Shown: positions 51,116 through 62,606 of the stretch, piece by piece
Layout: each line of letters starts with the position of its first letter
Position numbering within the stretch: position 1 is the stretch's first letter
From: Somniosus microcephalus
Lineage: Eukaryota
DNA length: 64,000 nt
Direction: 5' to 3'
Assembly: GCA_052327205.1 (NCBI GenBank)
Contig: CM126205.1
Span: 243,412,001-243,476,000 of the forward strand
Translations under genes and position numbers: made by a program
The notes under the pieces: generated by a model
Seen by the model: the letters and a program-made list of their open reading frames with translations, nothing else
Databases searched by the model: none
What the model was told of the DNA's origin: nothing

Positions 51116-51559
51116 GTACCATTGTGTTAGGCATTACTGTGTTTTGTATATAGAGTTTGGATGTACGGGGTGTGGCCCCTTTAAGAGCGCGGGAAAATGC
51201 GGACAAACGCGATGAGGTCACGTCGCAAACCACGGGACTGCCCAGGCAGTCCTCGTGGCATCTCCTTTGAGTAAAGACCTGTTTGATTCTTCTCTTGTGT
51301 CGATCTCCGTTATTCGTAGGAATTCGTTAATTCCTACACTGTACTGGTAATTTAAATTGAAAGTGAAACCTGAGAAATTGTTGATGGTAGGGCTGAATTG
51401 CTATATGTATTCTTTGGATATATGGCCACTAGCCCAATCCCAGGACACAGTTTAGTAATGTACAGGACTGTACATGTAAATTACAACAGGGGGGCAGGGT
51501 CCGGAAACCTGCCTGATTTCTCTGCCTTCTGTCACTGTGATCGCTGTACCCAGGGACTT

Positions 51560-51990
51560 TCAGAGTGGGTGGCATAAGAGAATTAAATGCTGAACCAAAG
51601 AAGGAAAGAATAGGAGGGGTCATAGAGATGGGTTTTAAGGAGGATCTTGAAAGAAGAAATCGAGGTGAATAGGCAGGTGGGTTTAGGGAGGGAATTTCAG
51701 AGAGTGGCACAACTGCCAATGAGATGCCAAAGTGAGGAGGGGGATCCACAATAGGCTGGAGCCAGAAAAACAGAGAATTGGGGGTGGGAGGGGGAGTTAT
51801 AGAGCAGGAGGAGGTTACAGAGATAGAGAGGAGTGAGGCCATAGAGGCATTTAAACACAAGGATGAAAATTTTAAATTTGAGGCAGTGTAGGACTGGGTG
51901 CCAATATAGATCAGTGAGGACAGGGGTGATGGGAAGGCAAGACTTGGTGTGGGATAGGATACAGGCAGCACAGACTACACTCGTGTAGCA
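51560..51990 (-). mobile_element. L2 LINE 3' fragment
   Basis: ITPVLTDLYWHPVLHCLKFKIFILVFKCLYGLTPLYL. Confidence 0.85.
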
Positions 51991-52529
51991 CTTTCCCAAA
52001 GGGATGAAGACATGAGTAAACCATTAAACAGGACAGGCTGTGCCCGATACAATACTTAAGTGGTATATCTGGGCTACTGGAATCCCAGGAGGAGCAACAT
52101 CTAACTTCTTTGCTAGCCAGCCATTAAGTGCCTCAGTAAACCCAACACTGGTTTTGTAGTGTATGTACCTTTATTAAGGGGAGAACTACTTTTTACAGCT
52201 CCTGTATACTGTAGTACCGGCAGTGACCACACCTCTTTATAAACCCTGAGTAGGGATCTGTACCGTTAGTTTTAGAGTAACCCTCATCCAGTAAACACCT
52301 GTTGATTGTTCCCCTGCCGTCTCTGTCTAGTTATTGAAGGACACACAACATCAAGATACACGGATTTAACATTGGCGACGAGTCGATTCGAACCTACCTG
52401 CAACTCTGCAGAAGAAGGCCGATTCCAGAAGCACGGGCGTCGACCATCCAACGGAGACTCCAGCGAAACGGGCAGGCAACAGGTACGGCGCAGAACCTTC
52501 CCGCACAGCGGCGGCTAGAGCCGACCGAC

Positions 52530-52740
52530 GGCACAGGAAAAGACCAAGCGGCGTCGACGGGAAAAGAGAGAGGGTAGAGCGCACAGGGCGCAGCCGCTGT
52601 TCAGGACCGAGCGGTGTCGACGCGAGAAGAGAGAGGGTAGAGCACACAGGGCGCCGCCGCTGTTCAGGACCGAGCGGCGTCAATGAGAGAGGCGCGCAGG
52701 AAAACGCGCAGAGCGCAGCCGGTGTTCAAGGGCTGAGCAG
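52530..52740 (+). repeat. ~57-bp tandem repeats in the Gypsy 5' UTR
   Basis: gagagagggtagagc..ccgctgttcaggaccgagcgg twice, plus degenerate copies. Confidence 0.8.
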
Positions 52741-52769
52741 CGTCCGCGGGGAAGAAAGGAAGCGTGGGA

Positions 52770-53316
52770 GAACATAAGAAATAGGAGCAGGAGTAGGCCA
52801 ATTGGCCCCTCGAGCCTGCTCCGCCATTCAATCGCCAATCTACGATCACAGAACCATCTCCTGAATCTAACAGGATTAGACACATGAAATAGGAGCAGGA
52901 TCAGGCTACACGGCCCCTGGGCCCGCTCCGCTACCCACAGGGCCATGACCGATCCGAACCTAGACTCATGTCCAAATTCCTGCCCGCTCCCCGTAACCCT
53001 TAATTCCCTTTACTTCTAGGAAACTGTCTATTTCTGTTTTAAATTTATGTAATGATGTAGCTTCTACAGCTTTTTGGAGCAGCATATTCCATGGACCTAC
53101 CACCCTCTGAGTGAAGTAGTTCCTCCTCATCTCAGTTTTGAAAGAGCAGCCCCTTATTCTAAGACTAGTTCTAGTTTCACCCATCATCGGGAACATCCTC
53201 CCCGCATCCACCCAATCCAAACCCTTCACAATCTTATATGTTTCAATAAAATCGCCTCTCATTCTTCTGAACTCCAATGAGTAGAGTCCCAATCTACTCA
53301 ACCTCTCCTCATATGT
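52770..53316 (-). mobile_element. CR1 3' fragment in the Gypsy 5' UTR
   Basis: YEERLSRLGLYSLEFRRMRGD..GIKGYGE; tail present twice. Confidence 0.92.
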
Positions 53317-53572
53317 CGCCATTTGAGCCGCAGCGGAGAAGAAGGGAGAGCGCGGGAGACGCCATTTTTTTTGAGCTGCAGTGGAGAAGAAGGGAAAGCG
53401 TGGGAGATGCCATTTTGAGCCACAGCGGAGAAGAAGGGAGAGCGCGGGAAGAAAGGAAAGCGCGGGAGATGCCATTTTTAGCCGCAGCGGAGAAGAAGGG
53501 AGAGCGTGGGAGATGCCATTTTGAGCCACAGCGGAGAAGAAGGGAGAGTGCGGGAGACGCCATTTTTAGCCA
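53317..53572 (+). repeat. ~42-bp tandem repeats immediately before gag
   Basis: gccattttgagccgcagcggagaagaagggagagcgcgggaga about 5-6 times. Confidence 0.9.
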
Positions 53573-53590
53573 GTCTAACCACACCCAGGG

Positions 53591-56500
53591 ATGCCGAAGA
53601 GTGGCAGTGTCACAGCGTTCGACAATGAAGTCGAAGATTGGGCGACATATGTCGAACGCATAGAAGTGTACTGCAAGGCGAATGAAGTGCCAGATGACAA
53701 GAAAGCGCTGGTATTGTTGAATTCCATGGGTGCAAAAACGTATGGCTTACTGCGAAACCTAGTAACCCCAGAGAAGCCAGTTGAAAAGGATTTTGAAAAC
53801 ATAGTGTCAATCCTACAGGACCACTTAAACCCCACACCGCTGCTGATAGCAGAAAGATTTAAGTTTCACAAAAGGAACCAGCATAAAGATGAAAGTAATG
53901 CTGAGTATTTAACAGAACTGTGCAAGCTATCGAAACACTGCCAGTTTGGAACGGGACTAGCAGATACTTTAAGGGACAAGTTTGTGTGTGGGCTTCAAAG
54001 TGAAGGAACCCAGAAACGGCTTCTATCAGAAAAGGATCTTACGCTGGACAAGGCTTTCAGCATGGCAGTATCACACGAAACAGCCACACGGGGCGCTGCA
54101 GAGATACAACGGCGACCGCAAGAATATGGCACAAATGAAATGTCATATGGAACAGTGAAGTGCAATCACTGCGGCAGAACAACACACGACCATAAGGATT
54201 GTTGGTTCAAGGACCAAGTGTGCAGACAGTGTGGAAAAGTAGGACACATAGCAAGAGTCTGCAGGTCGGGAAAGAAAACCAGCAGCAAGAAACCTCCACA
54301 GGGGAAGTACAAGAAGGTACATAAGGTGACGGAGAGTAGTTCAGACGAACAGAAAAGTGCTACAGACTCCGAAAGCAAGGAGCTGGGTTGTCTGAAACTA
54401 CATAATGTAATCAAAATGGAGGATCACCAAACTATCTGGGTCACGCTCAAGATAGACGGAGTCCAAGTGAAAATGGAATTGGACACAGGATCAGCCCTAA
54501 CAGTCATAAACCGAAGGGACTACAAGCAGCTATTCTCACACATACCCTTGAGAGATACAGAGATTGTCTTGAAGACGTACATGGGGCAAAAAGTCTACCC
54601 CAAAGGAAAAATAAGGGTGAACGTTATATATAACGGCAAGGAAACACCAAAAATGGACCTATATGTATTGCCAGATGGAGGACCACCACTACTAGGACGT
54701 GAATGGATCCAGAAGATACAACTAGATTGGCATTCCATACAAGCACTGACTGTAGATGCCAAAAAGGATGACGACATCACACCTGGACGACTGTCAAAAA
54801 TGCTAACTGACGCACAAGAAGTGTTCCAGGAGGGACTCGGAACACTAAAAGGCATAACAGCGACGATCAAAATAGAGGAAAATGCAAGCCCAAAGTTTTT
54901 TAAGGCCAGACCGGTGCCTTATGCGATCCGCCCAGCCGTCGAAGCAGAGCTGGAAGGTTTGGAACGTTCTGGAGTACTGTCCAAAGTGGACTGGAGCGAG
55001 TGAGCTACACCCATCGTTCCTGTAATGAAGAGGTCGTTGAGTAATACACCTGGGGAACCAAAGAAGGTTCGCATCTGTGGGGACTTTAAGGTGACAGTGA
55101 ACCCATTCCTTCACACGGTACAATATCCGCTTCCGCGGATTGAAGATATTTTCGCCTCGCTATCTGGAGGAAAACGCTTCACTAAGATTGATCTGGCCCA
55201 GGCGTACCTGCAAATGGAGGTAGAAGAAGCCTCGAAACAGTACCTCACGATCAACACTCATAAAGGTCTCTACCAATGCAACCGGCTGGTGTTCGGGGTA
55301 GCATCAGCTCCGGCTATTTGGCAAAGGGCAATGGATCAAGTCCTGCAAGGGATTCCAGGGACCCAGTGTTATTTGGACAACATCCTGGTCATGGGCGAAA
55401 ATGACAGTGATCACCTCGCCAACCTGGAGCAGGTGCTCACTAGATTGAAGGAATATGGGCTCCGAGCTAATCGCCACAAATGCGAGTTTTTCCAGAAGCA
55501 GATCTCGTATTGTGGCCACGTTATTGATGAAGAGGGGTTACATAAGTCCCCTGAAAAGATTGAGGCAGTAGTCAAGGCTCCAGCACCGGAAAATGTGTCA
55601 CAACTGAGGTCGTTCCTCGGGCTGGTGAACTACTACCATAAGTTCTTGCCGAATTTATCTACAGTACTACACCCACTGAACACCCTACTGCAAACAGGGG
55701 TACTATGGAAGTGGAATGACGAATGTAAACGAGCTTTCCAGAAGTGCAAAGAATTGATCACATCAAAAGAGGTGTTGGCTCATTTCAACCCAGCACTACC
55801 AATTCAGTTGGTGTGTGATGCATCACCCTATGGTATTGGAGCGGTGCTGTCGCACAAATTCCCGGACGGCTCGGAGAGGCCAGTAGCCTTTGCGTCTCGG
55901 TCACTAACCGCAGCTGAGTGTAACTACGCCCAGATTGACAGGGAGGCCCTCAGCCTAGTGTGGGGAGTGAAAAAGTTCAACCACTATCTGCACAGGCAGA
56001 AGTTCACCTTGCTGACTGACCACCAACCACTTGTCTCCATCTTTAATCCAAAGAAGGGCGTTCCGGTGATGACTGCGCAACGGCTACAAAGATGGTCCCT
56101 TTTTCTAGGGGCGAACCAATATGAAATAGAGTATAAGGGCACGAAACAGCATGGAAACGCTGATGGGCTATCACGCCTGCCACTGCCTACTGCGGAGGAA
56201 GCACCAGCAGTGGACCCTGTCGAAATATTTTATTCGACTATAATTGAACACTTGCCAGTAACTAACGCGAATATAGAGAAGGAGACCCGAAATGACCCGA
56301 CACTGTCTCAGGTATATGACTTGACGGTGAAGGGATGGCCAACACATGGCGACTCACTGTTGCCAGCATTCTCATCCAGAAGAGAACAGCTGTCAGTATG
56401 CCAGGGGACCTTGATGTGTGGATCCCGAGTGGTAATTCCACCCAAGTTAAGGGAGAGAGTGCTCAATGAGCTTCACGAAGGCCATCTGGGAGGGGTGAAA

Positions 56501-57538
56501 ATGAAAAGCCTTGCTAGGGCTTATGTGTGGTGGCCGGGGATCGATCAGCAAATCGAGGACCTGACAAAGAGCTGCTCAGGATGCCAGAAGGTCCAAAATA
56601 CACCACCACATGCCCCTCTACACCCATGGGAGTGGCCCTCCTCTCCATGGCAATGGGTGCATATTGATTTTGCTGGTCCATTCATGGACTCAATGTTTTT
56701 AATAGCCGTGGATGCGCACTCGAAATGGCCTGAGGTGCTCAAAATGTCCTCCACCACCACGGAGAAAACGATTGCAGTCCTACGGACCATATTTGCCAGG
56801 AACGGCTTGCCAGAGCAGATTTGCTCTGATAACGGACCACAGTTTGTGTCCGAAGAGTTTCGGAAATTTATGAAAAGGAATGGGGTAAGGCATTACACAT
56901 CCGCCCCGTATCATCCAGCCACAAATGGATTGGCTGAGAGGTTCGTACAAACCTTTAAAAAGGCAGTAAGGTCCATGTGCAATGATGACATTCCACTGCA
57001 GCATAAGGTGGACAATTTCCTGTTAGCCTACAGAAATGCGACACATGCAGTCACCAACCAGACCCCGGCCATGTTGTTCTTTAACCGAAGGTTGAGATCT
57101 CGTCTGGATTTGCTCAGACCAAATGTACGAAGAGATGTTGAGAATAAGCAATTCCAGCACACCAATGAGAAGCCGACAAGGAGCTTCAATGTAGGGCAAC
57201 CAGTCTTGGCCCGCGACTACCGAACAGAGAAATGGCAACCAGGAACGATATGCACACGGCAGGGGCCACTAATGTACACAGTGGATGTTGGGGAGAACAT
57301 AGTGAGACGCCATGTCGACCAGATCCTAGAGTCACAGGAACGAGTCAACCCCATGTCTCGCGTACCTGGTGATGAACCCGACATACAGGTAGCATCTACC
57401 CCAGAAACAGTAGCATCGGAAGCTGATGAACCAACCGACGACAGGGGGCCAGAATCGCCTCCGCACCAAGAGCAAGACACACAGGAAAGGCGCTATCCAG
57501 AAAGGATCAGGAAGCCGCCCCAAAGACTGAATTTATAA
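53591..57538 (+). pseudogene. Single-frame gag-pol with one premature TGA (55001-55003) and YLDD to YLDN
   Basis: ORFs 53591-55003 and 55025-57538 are in the same frame; the stop replaces Trp in SEWATPIV; LDTGS protease, CDAS RNase H, HHCC and DDE integrase. Confidence 0.93.
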
Positions 57539-59097
57539 ATGGACTATTTTCAGTTAATGTTGCATGTTAAAAGTGTTAATTGTTAAATGAATGTTATGGT
57601 ACTGTTAATCTAAAAGGGGAGGAATTGTAGTGTATGTACCTTTAAGGGGAGAACTACTTTTTACAGCTCCTGTATACTGTAGTACCGGCAGTGACCACAC
57701 CTGTATATAAACCCTGAGTAGGGATCTGTACTGTTAGTTTTAGAGTAACCCTCATCCAGTAAACACCTGTTGATTGTTCCCCTGCAGTCTCTGTCCAGTT
57801 ATTGAAGGACACGCAACATCAAGATACACGGATTTAACAGGTTTAATATTGTTTTTGGGTGCACCATTATTGCCATCATCCTCTTCAATATCGTCATCTC
57901 TTCTCCCTCCATTCTTCTTTATCCAGGACTTCCTATAGGAGAAAATGGATGTAACAGAATTAGACCAATAGCAGCAAACTGAATTATGAAGAAAATTCAC
58001 TTGTTCATCAAGCACTGCCAATTACTGATAGTATGATCACTATCTAACTCCATTCCTAGGCGAAGTGTAGCAGTGGAGAACAGCGCACAGTAGAGAGTGC
58101 ATCAAGGATACCCTGACCCACTGATGCCAAATCTGTGTCATCATTATTCTGTATCCCTCAGGAATCGGTTAACAAAATCTTTTGAGAGGATGACCCAAAG
58201 CAAATAGAGTGGATGGTGGCCATTAGCGTTGAGAATATCGTAACATATTCCTGGACTGAAAAGGAGGTTAAAGGTGTTAGGCTGTGGTAAAGAAGCTGAA
58301 CTAATTTGTTGGGAGCTCATGGGTGAGCCATTCTTATTTGTTGAATGCTTTTGTTTGGATGTTCCCTTCCTATTAGGGGAAATAGGGCTTATAGGAACAA
58401 AATCCTTCACAGCTAGGCTAGGAATAAATTCTGGAGGCTGGTCTACAAATTAACCTATATCTTTAAGGCCACTGGCCATAGCAACACCTGAGACTGAAAT
58501 ATGAGCCCCTATCTGTTCAGCTGGCTGGGGTGTCATTCGGAACAGACAAGGACTAGGACAATTTGAAAGTTGATTAATTAGCAGTAATGATACTGGTGTT
58601 GGTACGCAATAGGTCCTGAGCTGGGTCGCCCAACCCTTCTTCTTGCATTTAATCAGATAGGAGCTGTCTAATACCTTCTTGATGTACTAGATTGACAGAC
58701 ATCTGCAAAACCTCAGCTTATCCCCTAGAGGAAAGGGTATGCTGGCTTAGACCAGCATTGTCCAGTACTGTGTGGTTTAACTTTCTGGGTTTCTTTAGGC
58801 TTTTACTTTGTCATAGGTCCATCATTTTGTTTAATCTGGGCTGAGTCTGACTAGGCAAGACAATACAAATTCGGCAATTGTGACATGGAAGACAGAATTT
58901 GAACAATACTCATATCCATTTGCTACAGACTATTGCGCTTTTGCACTGTTTCACACCTTCAAATCAACGATGCAGCCAAATCCCCCTATCTTAAAGTCCT
59001 GGCTTGGGTAAGAGCACTCAATGTAATGAATTCAAGTAGAAATCGACCCAGTTCACTGATAATTCCTGGTACAGCCGGTCACTATGTGAAGCAACTA

Positions 59098-60346
59098 TGT
59101 GAGGATGTAACTGGTAGAATAGATAAGGGAGAACCAGTGGATGTGGTGTATTTGGACTTTCAGAAGGCTTTTGATAAGGTCCCGCATAAGAGATTAGCGT
59201 GCAAAGTTAAAGCACATGGGATTGAGGGTAAGGTACTGACTTGGATAGAGAACTGGTTGGCAGACAGGAAGCAAAGAGTTGGAATAAACGGATCTTTTTC
59301 TGAGTGGCAGGCAGTGACTAGTGGGGTACCGCAGGGATCAGTGCTAGGACCCCAGCTATTCACAATATATATTAATGATCTAGACGAGGGAACTAGATGT
59401 AATATCTCCAAGTTTGCAGACGACACAAAGCTGGGTGGGTGTGTGTGCTGTGAGGAGGATGCAGAGAAACTCCAGTATGATTTGGACAGGTTGGGTGATT
59501 GGGCAGATGCGTGGCAGATGCAGTATAATGTGGATAAATGCGAGGTTATCCACTTCGGTGGCAAAAACAGGAAGACAGATTATTATCTGAATGGCAATAG
59601 ATTGGGAAAAGGGGAAGTGCAACGAGACCTGGGTGTCCTTGTGCACCAGTCGCTGAAGGTAAGCATGCAGGTGCAGCAGGCAGTTAAGAAGGCAAATGGT
59701 ATGTTGGTCTTCATAACGAGAGGATTCGAGTACAGGAGCAAGGATGTCTTGCTGCAGTTGTACAGGGCCTTGGTGAAACCACACCTTGAGTATTGTGTGC
59801 AGTTTTGGTCGCCTTATCTGAGGAAGGATGCTCTTGCCATGGAGAGAGTGCAGTGAAGATTCACCAGACTGATATCTGGGATGGCAGGAATGATGTATGA
59901 GGAGAGATTGGGTCGATTAGGCTTATATTCGCTTGAGTTTAGAAGAATGAGAGGGGATTTCATTGAAACTCATAAAATTCTAACAGGACTAGACAGACTA
60001 GATGCAGGAAGGATGTTCCCGATGGCAGGGGAGTCCAGAACCAGGGGTCACAGTCTAAGGATAAGGGGTAAGCCATTTAGGACTGAGCTGAGGAGGAATT
60101 TCTTCACCCAGAGAGTGGTGAACCTGTGGAATTCTCTACCAGAGAAGGCAGTTGAGGCCAATTCATTAAATATATTCAAGAAGGAGTTAGATATATTTCT
60201 TAAGGCAAACGGGATCAAGGGATATGGGGAGAAAGCAGGGGCAGGGTACTGAATTTGGATGATCAGCCATGATCTCATTAAATGGCGGAACAGGCGCGAG
60301 GGGCTGAATGGCCTATTCCTGCTCCTATCTTCTATGTTTCTATGTA
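59098..60346 (+). mobile_element. CR1 LINE, 5'-truncated, one premature stop (59854)
   Basis: RT motifs; same subfamily as 3493-4987; tail ctatgtttctatg. Confidence 0.96.
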
Positions 60347-60622
60347 ATTTTTCCTGTGATTTATTTTATGGGATCATCTGCCTGACAACCAGAATGTGGC
60401 TGATGAAAGATCTTGTACAGCTGCTGCAATGGCATTCAGTAGGAAGCTTTGCTCTGCAGCAGGTTATAGTGTACAATTACTGGATCTGAATGATACTACA
60501 AAGACCTCACTCAAGTAGTGCTAGTTGTTTTCTATAAATATTTTAAGCACCAACAGCAGGGACCAAAAGTGGGCATCAGCGGTCCCCTGCTCTAATCATA
60601 TTGCATCCTTCTGCAAGAGTCT

Positions 60623-61066
60623 GGGGTCAATTTTCAGCTCTGACACAGCTCAGACAAGCAGTGGATGAGACTTCCGTTCCACTCGCCTAATGACATCAAA
60701 GAGAGGCCCAATCAATTTTAGTGGTAGAACAATTGCACTGTTTACAGGCAGCTCACCATTTGGGAGGGTGGGAAATCGGCAGGCCTACTGCCACTTAAAG
60801 GCAATCGGTAGTCCTTAAAGGGGAGATGCAATCTTCAAAGTTGGTTAATGGACTGCTGAGGCAGCTTGCAGCCTGATGTCGCAATAGGCATTAGGCCCTC
60901 TCATTTATATATGTAAAAGACCTAGTGCCTGATTTAGGGGACTGCCAGGGACGCCTGAAAAAGGTCGGACATTTTTCAGGCGTCCTTGGGGCACAGTATG
61001 TTGGTCCCCAAAATTGAGCCTCATTGCGCCTGTAAAACAGGTGCAACAAGGTGCAATTTCTACCCC
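60623..61066. mobile_element. Harbinger-type MITE
   Basis: Ends ggggtcaatttt / aatttctacccc. Confidence 0.55.
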
Positions 61067-61770
61067 TATATTTCTCACCCTCAGTTCCAATGCATCAAAA
61101 GCTTTCAAAGAGGTAAAATAAACCCAATCTGTTTCTTGTTTTATCTCGTCAATAGGAAGCAGTGATTCCCAGAAGCTATTGAATTGGTTGTAACACCAAT
61201 TGTCTACCTTCAGCTCCTCAACCAACTTCTCCATTTGGGAGCACTGTTGCTCTTTAATTTGTCACAGTGTATGGTAGCTGAAAGCTGCTTCACACGGGAA
61301 CAACTTGTGGCATCTTTGTGGGACATCTTTTTTCTCACCAATTTTCTTTTAAGTTAAATAAAAGCAACTTTTAGAAAAAAATAAGCTGTGGGCAAAAATT
61401 TCCAGAGTTTAAATTTTACCAGCTCTAATCTCCTTTTATCTTTTAAACATTCGGTACAAAATTAAACACTTCCAAACTCCATAGTAAGTGGATTTAAACT
61501 TTTAACAAACTAGTCACTGAAACAAAATGCACACGAGCAATAAGGTTAAATATTGTTACAAATCCAGCAGTTACTTCCTCCTCCTACTATTTAAATATAA
61601 TTCTGCACACCACAATATTTCACAATTCTATCATTACATGTGGATTCACTCTATAAGAAATGTAATCCCTCCATCGATATCCACACCCTGGATTGCAGCA
61701 CTTGCAAATATGATCATAGGTTCATCATCATGATCAGTTCTGCAGCCTCAGCTACTTTCAGAGACACTAG

Positions 61771-62606
61771 GGGCTGTATTTTGATACTGAAGACGTGTAG
61801 GAGGCGGGACTACAACTTTTGGGGTTGTAGTCCCGCCTCAATCGAGTTGTGGCCAACCCACTCGATTTTCACTTGATTGACCTTGTTGAGCCCACCCAAT
61901 GGGTTCAGCAGGCCAATTAAGGGCCACCCGGCAACAGGTGACGTCACAGGTTGACACTTCATCTGTCAAGAGCTTTTGACAGATGAAATATCACCGTTTG
62001 ACAGCTCTTTGAAACTGTCAATCACTGACAATCTGTACTCTAAGTTAATTCCTTCCTCTCAGGCTGATTTAGAAATCTCTCCAGAACAGAAAGCTGAACT
62101 TTTGACAGATCGCGGCCATTCTGCTTTCTGTGCCGGTGAGATGAGGGACTCCCGAGACCTGAAGGAAGGAAGGCTGTAAAAGGTAAGTAAAGGTAATTAA
62201 ACTTCTTTAAACACTTTACACACACCAAACACACTTACCTCTGCACTCATGCACCCATCACTCACCTGAACACCGGACATCTCAAACCCTCCAAGCCCTT
62301 CAGCCCGACGGTCCGCCTCACTAACTTGGTGTGGTTTGGAGCCATCGGGAATCCCACACTTCAGGAATAAAAATAGGGATTAGGCTAAAAACTGCCTGTT
62401 AACTAACTGTTAACAGGCAGTTAATTGACACTAATCCCCTTCCCGCCTCGGGGAGGCGGCTCCCAGCACAGGTCGGGTACCTGCCTCCTTTGAAACTGGC
62501 ATGGAGGCAGGTTGGGGGTGGGATGGGTTCATGCCCCCCGATTTTGCGATTTTAACCCCCCACATGCCTCCAATCCCGCCTCCATGGCCCAATGAATATC
62601 CTGCCC
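61771..62606. mobile_element. Harbinger-type MITE
   Basis: TIRs gggctgtattt / aatatcctgccc; 3-bp TSD TAG. Confidence 0.7.

Larger units (their letters stand above)
47622..51338 (+). mobile_element. Gypsy LTR retrotransposon, CsRn1/Kabuki clade, defective
   Basis: LTRs ~47622-47845 and ~51116-51338 (about 4 differences); PBS TGGTGACCCCG (tRNA-Trp type); Gag CHCC finger CFYHx9Cx3C; protease LCDTGA; RT YLDD; RNase H; integrase truncated. Confidence 0.93.
38975..52154 (-). mobile_element. Decayed DIRS-type retrotransposon RT-RNase H in pieces (38975-39474, 47206-47620, 51339-51545, 52000-52154)
   Basis: Collinear minus-strand motifs: IAIQPYHQQFLRF..YQY (51400-51340), ASGVFTKC, LYLYLDDWLI (47450-47420), SQNIVFLG, TDNTLVIHYINKQGGT (39135-39080); no tyrosine recombinase seen. 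Confidence 0.75.
52155..57839 (+). mobile_element. Full-length Gypsy LTR retrotransposon, Mag-like clade
   Basis: LTRs 52155-52371 and 57626-57839 (TG..CA); 5-bp TSD ggttt; PBS TGGCGACGAG (tRNA-Ser type); PPT aaaaggggaggaa; two CCHC knuckles. Confidence 0.96.

Noticed and set aside
55001-55003. Programmed read-through or selenocysteine TGA
   Set aside because: It falls inside RT at a conserved Trp rather than at a gag-pol boundary, so a nonsense mutation is simpler
58933-59097. Novel N-terminal fusion to CR1 RT
   Set aside because: Non-ATG start and a chance open frame upstream of a 5'-truncated insertion
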